From the NCBI GenBank assembly GCA_964270895.1, contig OZ185452.1: a stretch of DNA of 64,000 nucleotides. One strand, given 5' to 3'. Both the position numbers and the translations under genes were made by a program. Source of the DNA: Podarcis filfolensis. Taxonomy: Eukaryota. This document shows, one piece after another, positions 33,488 through 45,567 of the stretch. The stretch's first letter is position 1. Each line of letters starts with the position of its first letter. The notes beneath the pieces are model-generated. The model worked only from the letters and a program-made list of their open reading frames with translations, was not told the DNA's origin and did not search any database.

Positions 33488-34959
33488 AGGGAGCTATGAC
33501 AATTCAATGTATTTTTTCAAAACGTTTTTTAAAAAAGCATTTTCACAGCGTTTTGTTATATGTGTTTAGATTCCACCCAACAGTGCTTGTGGAAAGTATC
33601 CGTCCAGATAGATTTCTGAGAAGCAGAATTCACATATAAAATTTCAACTGAAACAGGCATTCTGCAAGTCTGGCACACGGCCTCTACTAGGCAGGGATGA
33701 AGATAGTCAAAATTTGAAATGTTGCTGTTCCTCACGGGGTGGGGTGGGGGTGAAGAAATCTTGCTCCCAAATGAGTGGAGGATGAAATCTGGAGCAGAAG
33801 GCACCATGTTTTTTGCACCCACCACTTTTCAGAAAAAATGCTATGCGTGCGGCATTTTGAGGTCATGAAAACAATGGCCAAGAAGTCATCACCACAGACA
33901 GCAGCAAAATAAAGTAAGAAGTAAGAAGATGACCCAGCAGTCCTGGTCAAAGTAGACTGCCTTCCCCCAAACATGGCAGTGGTTTTCGCTGCCCGAAGAA
34001 CATCAGCAAAACGGCTTCACAAATTTCAGGTGGCATCTTTGGGTACAATGCCCACAACTGTCTGCTCTAAGAGCTCCTCCTTTTCCCTACAGAATCCTGG
34101 GAACTGTAGTTCTGTAAAGTGGGTAAGGGATTTCAGTAGAGGATTCACAGCATCCTTCAGCAAACCACCATGGCTAAGATTCCTAGTGATGAATTAACGC
34201 GTTTTTTTCCCAATTAAAAAAACTTTTTAATAATTCTGCTGTATGGTTTCTTGTTTTTTAGTGTTGTAAACCACTGGATATATTTTATAATACAGTGGTA
34301 TGCAAGTATTTTTTATCAATAAACAAACACAATTGTAATATAGCAATGCCTAGAGTGTTAGTTTCAGCTAACAGGCATAACGAACACCTTCTTTTTAAAA
34401 ATAAACCCACTGCGTCCAACACTGGGAGATATTTCTTGCGGCTCAGAAGGTGGCTCGTGGAATGTTTCACATCTGATATTATCAGAAATTATTACAAGAC
34501 TCCCAGAAGCTAAGCCACTATTCATTTCCTTCTATCAGTCTGGGTTTTCCAGATATCTAATGCAATCCGAGCTGCATGGTATTTATACACTGACTAGCTT
34601 CATGGTTTGTAATAAACTGCAATAATGTATAATCATTAGAACACAGCAGCCAAACTAATGCAAGAATCACAGATATTAGAACAAGATGCTAGCAAACGCG
34701 CAGCATGCTCATGAAATACTGAGCAAATCTCAGGGTGTGGGTGACTTTATACTTGCGTGGGTTTTTTTGGCCCTGCAGAAGGACTCTAGCTTCGTGGGAC
34801 AGCACGCGCTGTGTGCAAAAGTTCCATCGCTGCTGTTGATGTGTGCGGTCGAACGTTCAGGTATGCAGCAACAATAAAGAAGCCTTTTTTTCTGCTGAGA
34901 AGTCCCAGACAAAGTATTCCTCAGCATCTCAAAAACAAATCTGAATGCAGGTGCAGACT

Positions 34960-35355
34960 AGGATGAAGCTCTCCAGTTAAAAGGCTTGTTGGAAGTGGAA
35001 AGTCTTTGGTCGGCATTGAAAAGCAGCAGACAGCACATGTCTAATATTCCAGGGGAAGGGATTCCCGAGGGCAGGGGTGCCACCACACGAAAGGCCCAAT
35101 TCCTACACAGTATGGAACGGATCTCCTGATAAGACAGCAGGAGGCCATCAGCTGCAGAGAGCAGTGATCAACTGGATATATAAGGGGTAAGACGATCTTG
35201 TAGGTGTCGTAGTCCCAAGCTGCATATACACCAAAACCAGCACCTTGAACTTATCCTAGTTGCTAATTGAGAGCCAGTGCCATTCTTCCAACAGTGGGGT
35301 AAGGTTTCGGTGATATCCTGCACCGGTGAGCAGTTAAGTTGCCACATTTTGCAAC
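34960..35355 (-). mobile_element. L2-clade LINE 3' fragment
   Basis: Degenerate PLLEEWHWL..ISxKVLVL, LGxRHLQDRL and AFRVVAP motifs on the reverse strand. Confidence 0.65.
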
Positions 35356-35635
35356 AGCTTCCAGACCACCCTCAAGAGCAAGCCCAGAGCAGAAAAAAAT
35401 GGGCTAGATGCACAAAGAGTTTTACCTGGTATTTGGGGGTTTCCTGTGTCTACTGATCCAGGGCACACACACACACACCCCGCCCACCAGGCCCCAGTCT
35501 TGAAACTTATGCTGCCACATCACTGGTGGCACAAGGTGCTCTGCGAACCACTCCTAGCTTCACACACCTGCTGGCTGGCCGCATCCAGTCCCTGCTCCTT
35601 TGTACGTGTATCTAGATAATGCACACTGTTAAAAA

Positions 35636-35790
35636 TCAGTATGGTGTAGGATGTTAAAAAAGATTCGGATCACAGAGATCTGGGCCATGAAGCTCATTGG
35701 GTGACGCTGGGCAAAACTGCGCTCTCTCAGCCTAACCTACCTCACAGGGTTGTTCTGCAGATAAAATTTGGCCGGGAGGCAGGGGGGAGA
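35636..35790 (+). mobile_element. MIR-like tRNA-head SINE remnant
   Basis: tgggtgacgctggg ... ctcagcctaacctacctcacagggttgt. Related copies at 36738-36925 and 26735-26900. Confidence 0.55.
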
Positions 35791-37289
35791 TCACTTGAGT
35801 GACCGAATTGAGATGAAACACTTACTTTCATGTAATAACATTTATATAACCGCTTGATTGTAAAAAGACAACAACAACCCACACATCCCTAAGAGGGCTA
35901 CATGTTGCACTTGAGTGGAGAACAAGATAAAAATGCAACAGACACATTTTCAGATACAAATATTAAGGCACGTGTTTTCAGATTTAAAAAAGTACCGCAC
36001 ACATTTTCAGATGAAAATGTACTGAGCACCTTTTCAGGAGTACAGGAAATAGTCCTTCTAGATGGACTCGTACGTTTTACATCTGAAACTCTCACCAAAC
36101 ATAACTACTGGCTACGCAAGCCAAGGGGTCCTACCCCCATAACGCCCCAAGGAATGCCCACACCCTCCCGTCTTCTATCCCCCCCCCCCGTGGAGTTCAG
36201 TGCCAGCTGCTCTGTGGCCTTGGCAGCAAGGAGGGCCATTGAGTGAGGCAGGATCCTGGCTCATCATGCCTGCCTGTCCCCAGCTTTGAAAGAAGAAACC
36301 AGCCATTGCAAGGGAGCTATGCCAACCACGAGGGCCCCGCCAGTTGCTTCTATTCGGAGGGGGGCCACGTGCTTGAATTCTCCGTATTTTTAGAACCAAC
36401 TGCTTGGCCTGGAGAGCTATGAGCCGGTCAGGCTTTCTTGGGATCGCCGGGGTTATTACTGGAAAAGGGGAGGTTGCAAAACACAGCACGACATTCCCAC
36501 AATGTCACGGGAGAGGGTATTCTGCGGCAGAATATCTCACTGGGCTCGAGATAGGAAGTCGTCAAAACAGGGGCCGCGTTTCTGTGGGGAAAGCCCAGAG
36601 GCAGCCCTTCCAGGAGGCAAGGGAGACACTTTGGTAACCCGAGAGTGGTGGTCTTCAAGCGGTCAGCTGTGCCCTCATACCCAGGGGCTCTGTTTCAGTA
36701 CAAAGGAAGCACCCCAGAGCCCCTAGCAGCTCTGAGGTATGGCCAGTGGTTAGAATTTTGGGCCGGGACTGGGTTCAAATCCTACAAAGCTCACTATATG
36801 ACACTCAGCCTGACCTACCTCACAGGGTTGCTGTGTGAGGATAAGGCAAGGCGAGAAATATCACATGCTGCCGCCCTGAGCAACTTCAAAGAAAGGTGGG
36901 GCTGAAGATGTACGAAATAAATGCATCTGCTCACCCCAAATACCCAATGCCTTAGATTTTACGGGTGGCAAGGGAGGAGGTGAATGGATCTGACCGGCAC
37001 GAGAAACCCCATTGAAATTGTTTATTTATTAAAATGTATACACTCCCCCCACCCCCCGTTTTATAATGTATATAAAACAGAGAGAGAGCAATTAAAACAG
37101 ATGAAAATTAAAAGATGAAAAACAAAATTATAAAACAGTCACACAAAAGAAGTGCAACTGCACACATGGCTTAAAATAACAACATCCAAGTAAAGTCTAT
37201 CAACGTGATCAGATTATCAAGTATAGTTCCAGATTTGCCAGGCTTATTTTTATGCTGCTTGACTGGGGGGTGGGGGAACTATCAAAAGG

Positions 37290-37570
37290 GGGTTTATAAA
37301 AAAGATAAAAGAGTAAAATTATCAATAAGAAGAATCAGCAATAATTTAAGACTTTTGAGAAACAAAAAAGAACAATAGACCAAGGACAGATTAGGCAGGG
37401 AGTTCCGAAGTGCAGGTGCTGCCACACTAAAAGACCAAGCTCTTACAAAAAGCACTCTGCACATGCTCGGCAGCCCTTGATTCTTTATCCTCACTTCACG
37501 CGCAGCAGAAGCTGAGCCTTGGCCATGAAAATGATTTCCAAGGCCACGGCTTGGCAGGATCTGGGTGTTT
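37290..37570 (-). mobile_element. L2-clade LINE 3' fragment
   Basis: RAWSFSVAAPALRNSLP motif typical of the L2 ORF2 C-terminus. Confidence 0.7.
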
Positions 37571-38204
37571 TGCAATATCGCATAGTTCAACAATTCTTTA
37601 CAAAGGCATGTCTTCGGACCCCAGGGAGGCGGCTTTTCTAGCTCAGCCCAACCCCTTGCTCACTGTTCATCAGTCTATGGAGATAACCCTAACCCTTTAA
37701 TAAGGTGATAGCTGCAGAGCCGTTGGTGGGGGACACTCACACATCCCTCAGTGGTATTTCAGGTCCCTGAATTTTCAGCTTTCGTTCTTTTCTGAGGCAT
37801 ATGAAAGGAGAGGGGAAGGGTGTGTCACTTTACACGGGGGAAGAAGCAAAGCCAAGAAAGCAGCTATCTGCCCAGCAGAAGCACGTGGAGTACTCTCAGA
37901 TTTCAGATTCCGCCCCAAGATTCTGCACTCAGGCGAACGCATTACCCTAGTGTGCAAAAACGATAACCTGCTCCTGCTACCTTAAAAGACCACCTTATTT
38001 ACAATGGCACAAGCTGTCATGGACTCTAGGTCCAAGAAATCAACGTGCAACAGCATACCTGGCAAGTTGCTACAAGACTGTCCTTCATGGTTCGCAGAGA
38101 AGTCCAGGGCCCCTAACACAGCAGAATGAGCTGCGGTAATTAAGTGAAATAATAATACATACAATTGCAATCTGAAAAGCCCCCCCTCTCCTAATAAGAC
38201 CATT

Positions 38205-38362
38205 AATTCCAGATTCTAAATGTTTTAATGTTGTATCTTAATCTTTTAAATTGTATTTTAATCAACTTGTTTTTATTATTGGTTGTTAGCCGCCCTGAGC
38301 CTGGTCTTGGCTGGGGAGGGCGGGGTATAAATAAAAATTTATTATTATTATATTATTATTAC
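38205..38362 (+). mobile_element. LINE (L2-like) 3' tail with (ATT)n
   Basis: gttagccgccctgagcc...gggcggggtataaataaa followed by (ATT)n. A related tail lies at 3240-3355. Confidence 0.6.
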
Positions 38363-39648
38363 AAATGTGCTTCTGTCTCTATGCTGTTTTTGTTGCAACT
38401 GGTCAACACAGACGCCCTTTCAAGAGTTCCCTGATTCTCTTTCGGGTGGCACAGGAGGATCCCAAATGGGGTCCCCACCTTCTTTGCCTGCCCCACTCCA
38501 CATCTGCATGCTGCTGCCCACCCCCAATCAATCTTTCGTTGCCTTTTGGTCTTAAGCGTCCCTCAATATCACACAACAGGATTATTCAAAAAAGAGAGAG
38601 GCCGGACCGATAAACACACCCAGACTCTGGAATGCTACGTGGGTGGAGACTGAGATGTTATGGAGTGGGGGTGGGGAGATGCAATGGAACAAAAGTCAAT
38701 GTAATAGAAGACGAAGTCTTGTGCAGGTCAGTGCAATAGAAAAAAAACCCTCTAAATATAATTCTATTAAGCTTAAAAGGCGATTTAGTGCATGATCCTA
38801 CAAAACTCCCTGGGAGCAGCCTCCCATTTGGGATGTCAAAGTGTGTGTTTGTGTGTGTGTGAACATTGTCCATGCTGAACTCTGTGGGTACCATTTTAGG
38901 CAGAAGCAGTAATCCCTTTATCCTGGCTGGGCATTTTTTTAATTGTTGCTGTCGTGTTTGCCGGGATGGCAGACTGATGCAATGGCTGACTTGACGCTCC
39001 AGAACATGAAAAGGGGAGATGAGATGAGCAAAATGAAGGCTGCTGTGTTCCCCCCGCCCCCGGCTAATCCCTACACCACTGCCACCACCACCAGGCGAGG
39101 CAACACACTCAAAAGCAACAGCAGCAAAGATCATACTATGGGTCAGCAAGTGAACCACATGGAGGGTGGGGAGATACCACTATAGCACTGCAGGTCGTAC
39201 ATATGCTTTTTGCTTCTCCTGGACGGGGGGCGGGGGGGAATACCCGTCATGGTGTCTGTTCATTTGGAGAGGATTTCTCCTTCCCAATTAGGCAAGAGTC
39301 CCTTTACAAGACCATTTGGGTTTCCCCTGCTTCTTCCGTGGTTGCCATGCCCTCAAAGAGTCCCATGGAGAGACGCTGGGTGGTTTCTGAGAGTGAAGGC
39401 AGCAAAAATAATTAACGTTGGTGAAAAAGCAGTGGAAAATATCTCCTCCTTTCGGGGCCACACGAGAGCAGAGGGAGGGCAACTGGCGGATGCAGTCCCC
39501 AGATCGTGCCCTGGGGATAGGCCTCTCTGTCCCTGTGACTCCCTAGCCTTCAAATATTGCTTCTCCGCCCCTGTAGGTTAGCCTGAGAGGATTGGGTTGG
39601 GAGTCACCAAGATGGCGCTCCTCAAGAATGCGCCCATCTCGTCCCAAA

Positions 39649-39773
39649 CTGGGGGTGGAGAACCTGACACCTTCCAGATGCTGCTGGCTCTTAACTGTCC
39701 TTAACCACTGGCCAGGCTGGCTACTGGGGCTGGTGGGAACATCTGGAGGGCCCCCAGAGGTTCCCCATCCCTG
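39649..39773. mobile_element. Short hAT-like MITE, same family as 23812-23932
   Basis: ctgggggtggagaacctg ... aggttccccatccctg termini. Confidence 0.65.
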
Positions 39774-40895
39774 GGACAGAGTGTTCCCAACGAGGCTAAG
39801 AGGGTAACAGTGGGGAGACAGCTTTCCTCTCCATGTCCTAGCTAAGGGCTTCCCCCAGAGACATCTCACAAGCCACTCTGGAAAATAAGGGCCTTTTCAC
39901 CTGGTCTAACAAGGCCTTTCTGATGACCCCCCCCCCAGCTCTTAACTCCCTTCCTTTCAAAACAAAAAAAGAACCTCATCTGCTAAAATGCAACTGCCTC
40001 TGCATTTCAATAACAGCTAAGGTGTTATGTTATATTTCTATCCAATTTCTGCCTGGAGAAGGATGCAAGGAAGGTATCAACAGGGCTGCGTTTATTTTAA
40101 TTGCAACACCGGGAGCTTAAGGAAACGTCCACATTTTCGGCAAGGGCGGGTGAGGGAGGAAGGGCACGTCATGGGACATGCGGCTCTGCCTGGTGCCAGA
40201 ATCACAGGGCACCTGCCTAGGGTCACATCCCAGCCTCTGGCCTCTGCTAGCCCTCCTTGCCATTCCTGCCTCTAAACTAGTGAGCAGATGAGAGAGAGAG
40301 AGGAGAGGAAGAGGGACAGCTTCTGCTCAACATGGCCTCTTCCTCCACAGTGCAGCCTGGAACAGGAGCTCAGCAAGGCGGACCTGCAAATTATTTGCTA
40401 ATTATGCAAATGAAGTGGGTGGGGAAGTTAAACAGAGGGTGCCCAGATGGAAAACAATGGCTGCTCTGGGCAGAAGAGGGCATTTCTGCAAGCGTGGCTT
40501 CTACACCTCAATTAACTTTTTCTCTAAAGTGATTAGGTTTTAGAATGCGGTTAAAATCTAGGAAGGCCAAATGGCTAGGAGGAGGAATACCTGCACATCT
40601 GCTTTCGTATCTCTGCTCTATAAGGACTAGTGGCCAGCTTGGTGCTTTTGAAAAGAAACAAAACACGGAAAGCCAGGGATCCAAGCCAAGGAATGGCCAA
40701 AATCTACGGAGGTGGCCTGCCCAGAATCAGGGCAGACCTCAGAAAATGGGACCCTATGACAAGTCTGGGTCTTATCGTAGGACCTCCTTTGCCTTGGTGA
40801 GTCCCCCAATTCACAGCCCAGACTTGGGAGGAAAATGTGCCTCATTGCTGCTCTAGCAAACCCAGGCAAAACTTTCCAGCTGTTGCTCTAATGCA

Positions 40896-41618
40896 AATAT
40901 ACGCACAACGTACCTGGCTGTGTTTAACTATATAAATTCTTTATACATCATATAAACAGGTAACTCTTTTCACATTATCTAATTGAGTAGAAGCAATTAA
41001 GGACCAACATTTAGAACAGGAAATACAAATATATCAGTTCTTATATACGTAATGTCCAAATAGAAGGTTTTGTGTTCCACGTATGTACAAATGAATCAGG
41101 TTTTTTAAACGTAATGTCCAAATAAAAGCTTTTTGTGTTCCACGTATGTCTTAGGGAATACAAGTGTCAAACGTAACAACTTTAAGGAGCAGTACCTGCA
41201 AAAGATGAACTTTTCTTTGTAATGTTCCGCATCTGCCTTTGCAAAGTATGGTTGTTGTATACAGCTGCTGTGAGCAGGTATCAGACAAAGGATACGAAAG
41301 ATCTTAACATGTGCCTTTGCAAAATATAGTTGTTGTATGCGAAAGAACTTAAATGTGACAAGGATATAATACCTTGTTTCACCCTGCCAGGCTTCGTCAG
41401 CCAAGCATACTCCTATTTTGTGTATCAGAGACATGGAACGAGCGATAGTCTTGGTTGATCCTGGACCCCCTGTTAAATGCTCAAGAACTCTGGCTCCGTA
41501 AGAAGAGCCCAACAACTTTGGCTCCCTACAAAAAAAGCTCAACAACTTTGGGTACATCACTACTGCCAGTTGTTTTATACTGTGAGTAGATCGCAGTCTC
41601 TTGGGAGCTGGACGCGCC
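40896..41618 (-). mobile_element. Unclassified 723-bp insertion with 12-bp TSD, possibly Penelope-like or retrozyme-like
   Basis: TGCTCTAATGCA at 40884-40895 and 41619-41630. No TIRs, no poly(A), no TG..CA ends. Internal duplications and a hammerhead-like motif. Confidence 0.65.
41348..41410 (-). ncRNA. Hammerhead ribozyme-like motif (type I topology, weak stem I)
   Basis: CUGACGA-A-GCCU(GGCA)GGGU-GAAA-CAAGG(UAUUAUAU)CCUUGU-C: both core boxes, stem II, a perfect 6-bp stem III and a GUC cleavage triplet. Confidence 0.55.
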
Positions 41619-42289
41619 TGCTCTAATGCACACCTTCCCTTTTGAAGGAGAATGGCGACCCTCCAGTTATCTGCTTAATTCCAGGCACAAAAGCTTTGCT
41701 ATCTCACAGCCTCCTCCTAATTGCATCAAATTCTTCAAAGCTTCGCTATCTCACAGCCTCCTCCTGATTGCCCCAAATTCTTCCCTTTGACCCAATTCAT
41801 GTCGCAAAAAGCCTCGGGCTGAGATATGCTTGCATTCAACCCTCAGTCTTGCCACCCCACAGCTTGCCTTGGCATTGTACAAGGAGTCCTTTATGCTGCG
41901 TCTCAACACCCTGGATCCACTCCACAGAGACTTCTGGGCATGGGCGAAGTTCTGCCTGCCTGCCCCTTTTTGCCTTCCAAATTGAGGCTGCAAAACTTGC
42001 AGAGGCAGATTCCTTCTCCTCAGTCCCAGCCCTTGCAACTCCTCGGACCGGGAGATGGAAGAGATAAGAGGGTGCTGAGAGTGAGGTTTCACAGGCCTGG
42101 TTCATGTGAAGCTAACTTATTCGGGGCGTATCAGAGTATTGTTAAGTCTGGCTGGAGGCAGGTCTCTGGCTGAAAGTGAGGTGCTTTTCCCGCCCACTGC
42201 TGCCTGATATTCTTTAGCTGCAGATGCCAGGGACTGAATCTGGGAGCTACCACTGCACTGCAGACCCTACCTTCCATCAGGAGAGGCAG

Positions 42290-42525
42290 CAATGGCTTTA
42301 GAAGAGGATTGGACAAATTCAGGGAACAGGAGAAGACTATTGACTGCTACTAGCCAGGATAGCTGTTCTCGTATCTCCAAAGTTGGAGACAGTTATGCTT
42401 CTGAGGACCAGTTTGCCGGAAACTGCTCTTGTGTTTGGGGTTTCCCATCTGTTTGGCCACTGTGAGAACAGGATGCTGGACAAGATGGGCCACTGGTCTC
42501 ATCCAGCAGACCCTTCTTACATTCA
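42290..42525 (+). mobile_element. CR1 LINE 3' fragment
   Basis: Reverse complement of the 47918 family 3' end. Confidence 0.75.
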
Positions 42526-43797
42526 CATGTCTTCTACTCCAGGGTCACTCTCATGCTAGAAACTAACAACAACAATCCCAGCTCCAGTCACTGCAGGAAT
42601 CTCCCAGCCTAATATTAACATATTTATAAAGCCAAGTGTTCAAAGAGGTTCGCACACATTTCTCCTTGTTGCAACCTTTGCACCAATCCTGCGAAGGAGA
42701 TCCGTATCAATATCAGTATTGCATAACAGAGGCTGAGAGCAACACCTTAAAATTCCTGTAACAACGTCTAGGACAAACCACCGAGCCAGATTTGCAGCAG
42801 GAACTGAATTCTGAAATCGGAACTGCCGCTGTGCTAACCTGTACAGATTAGCAAAATCAGGAGGTTGCACAGAGAATCCTTAGCTGAAACACAAACAAGC
42901 ATCTAGTCCCTTATGTCTGTGGATGAAAGGCAGGCATGGTATCTTCACAGTCAATAAGTTCTGCCCGTTTCCCTCCCACCTGCCCCCAAATCAGACAATG
43001 CTTGGGTTTCTCAATAGTTAGGGTGACTATCCTCCTTTCATCTGCATGTAAACAAGATTTTGCATCCCCAACACACACGTGTTCCTTTCAAAGCATTTTC
43101 TCCAAGGCACAATCTGACCTGACCTTCTGGGTGCAGTGGGTGCCGGTCTGTATGGTATGTCAACCCCTGCTGTTTTGTGTTGGACTAATTGTAAGTGGCA
43201 GCAACACAGAGCAAATGTTACTATTGCTGGAGGGGAGAGAGAGGTACCCTTCTCTGGGTTGCAGATATAAAGCAGAGAGTCTGCAGGCAGCCACCCCACA
43301 CACACCCCGCCTCCATCCTGTCTGGTTGTTAAACGCTCCCCCCAGAAGTAATCAACATCCCTTTTCAGAAGCACTTTGGGGTTAGGAATAGGACTAAGCG
43401 AGTGCAGCTTAAAATCCATATGCCACTTAACTTGAGGTATATTATTCAGAAATTCCTGCCTTGGCCCTTAGTGCCCCCCAAAGGAAACCATCAAATGGGC
43501 TACATCCTTTGGTGGTCATGCTGGCCTCTTGCTAAACTGACCTCCTGATCCAAAACCTACTAGGAGCAAAGAGAAACATATCTGGGGCAGCAGGTTGGTG
43601 GCTGGGACTGATATGCCTGCAGCCCAATGATCCCTGTGTATCAGGGACAGCTCTTTATTTTCTGATACGTCGCAGTTGTCTCTAGTTCACCTCTGGAGGA
43701 TGCCTCTGAGAAACATCAGCCCCCCCATCCCCCTGGCTCCACACATATTCCACCCCCGAGGGAGGGAAGGATGGGTGCGTTCACCTTGCCTCCAGCG

Positions 43798-43941
43798 CAG
43801 TGGTGAGGAACCTGCGACCCTCCGTATGTTGTTGGACTCCAAATCCCATTGGTCCCAGAAGCCAGCATAGCCAGTGGTCAGGGATGATGGGAGTTGTAGT
43901 CCAACAACTTCTGGAAGGCTGCAGTCTTCTCCCCATCCCTG
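43798..43941. mobile_element. Short hAT-like MITE, same family as 23812-23932
   Basis: cagtggtgaggaacctg ... gggagttgtagtccaacaac ... ccccatccctg. Confidence 0.7.
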
Positions 43942-44654
43942 CTCCTTTTGAACTGCTGATAACACATTGCTTGGCTTTCACTGAGGATTTACGTCCTGTC
44001 TTTCCCTCCAACCAGTCTTCCCAGCTGCTAACTCCAGATACACACCCACACAAACCCTTAGCAGGAGGGATGTGGCCATCTCCAAGCTCTGATCGGTGTC
44101 ATATTCCAAAGCACAGGGAGATTCCTAGCTGTCAAGAGACCATTTCCTAACCCTTAGCTCTCACTGGTGAAAGCATGCATGATTCACTAGCAAACTGCCT
44201 AATAAAACCAGATGCCATTAACAATATTATAGGGCAATCATGTATTTCCACTGTATACTGGAACATGACAATAAAGCCCCTTTTGCTTTTAAACTACTGC
44301 AAGAACAGAAGAGGCAGAGAAGGCACATCAGCCCTGAGTAACAAATGGAGGATGAGAAAGAGTCAGGTGCTGGTCACGGGACTGAGAACAGGAGGCTTAC
44401 ATAGGCATGCCGCAATTTTCACATTGTCAAACATTAAGAGGGTGTGACTATGCCCTGGTATGTTTCCTCTGCAATCTTCTTGTCTCACTATTATTCACTG
44501 CTGAGATTTAATAACGCCTGTTTTATGAGTTTTATGTATATGTTCTGATGGCTATTTGACATATAAAACAGATGGGTGGGGGGGAAAGAATCAGTCAGCA
44601 AGGACAGACTCTTCTGACCTAGGACCAAAAGGTCAAACACTGTAATCAGAGGCT

Positions 44655-45300
44655 GATTTGCATCTGTCTGTCTCGGGAGACAATGGAGGAGTGTGCCTTG
44701 GGGGGGGGGGTGAAGTCAACCACTGGAGAGTTACAGCACCTGCTGTCACTGTGGAGACATGTTTTTGGGGCAGATGAAGGCATCCAGTTCTGCTCATGCA
44801 GGTGGACCATGTGGTCCTCGCAGCAGTCATTCCTCCTCTGGTCACTGCTGTGGACGTATGACCCGAATGACTGTCTCCAGGCACTGTGGTTTATCTGCAA
44901 GGGATTCCCACACAAGCCGAGTTATCATCGCCAGCCTTCATGTTGCAATTGCAGACATCTTTGTAACGCAGAGCTGGTTTTTCATCATTGCGTTGGTCAT
45001 TAGCATCACATTCTTCCATACCCTTTCAGAGAGGAAAGCCATTGCCGTAGCTGCCTTGCCAGTACGCTTGTCCAGCTCAGCACCAATGGAGAGATTGCTG
45101 GTTACGGTGGAGCCCAGGGAGGCAAACCATCTACCACCCAAAACATGAGGTCATCAACGCTTGATGTGTGGAGTGTTGGTGACAACCTGACCCAGGACGT
45201 TGGTCTTTGTTAGGCTGATGGAAAGTCTGAACTCCACAGGTACCGAGTTTTGTACACAGTTGTGAGAGGGAGAGAACCTGCACACCTGGCCAGTTGTGCC
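44655..45300 (-). mobile_element. RTE-clade LINE fragment with internal deletion
   Basis: Degenerate ISLxKTNVLGQ, LGSTVTSNLSIGAELDKRTGKAATAM, PALRYKDVC and HSAWRQ motifs, plus an RTE-like 3' end. Confidence 0.8.
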
Positions 45301-45373
45301 AGCGAAATTAGGCACAATTCAGTCAATGCACATATATTGAGTTGCTTAGGTACATCATCTGCTTCTACCTGAG

Positions 45374-45500
45374 CAGGGATGGAAAACCTCTGGCTCTCAA
45401 GTTGTTGCTAATCTAGAACTCCCGTTGTCCCTGCCCACAGGCCATGTTGGTAAACTGAGAATCCCAACACCATGTGAAGGACCATGGACTCCCCATCCCT
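45374..45500. mobile_element. Short hAT-like MITE, same family as 23812-23932
   Basis: cagggatggaaaacctc ... ctccccatccct. Confidence 0.6.
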
Positions 45501-45567
45501 CATCTATTTTCAGATTTCACTCACCTATGAAGCTCAGTGGATAGTTTTGCTGGGGGTCAGTCATTCT

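Noticed and set aside
42402-42440. CTGAGGA...GAAA second hammerhead candidate
   Set aside because: No stem II or stem III pairing and no NUH site; it lies within an ordinary CR1 3' end.
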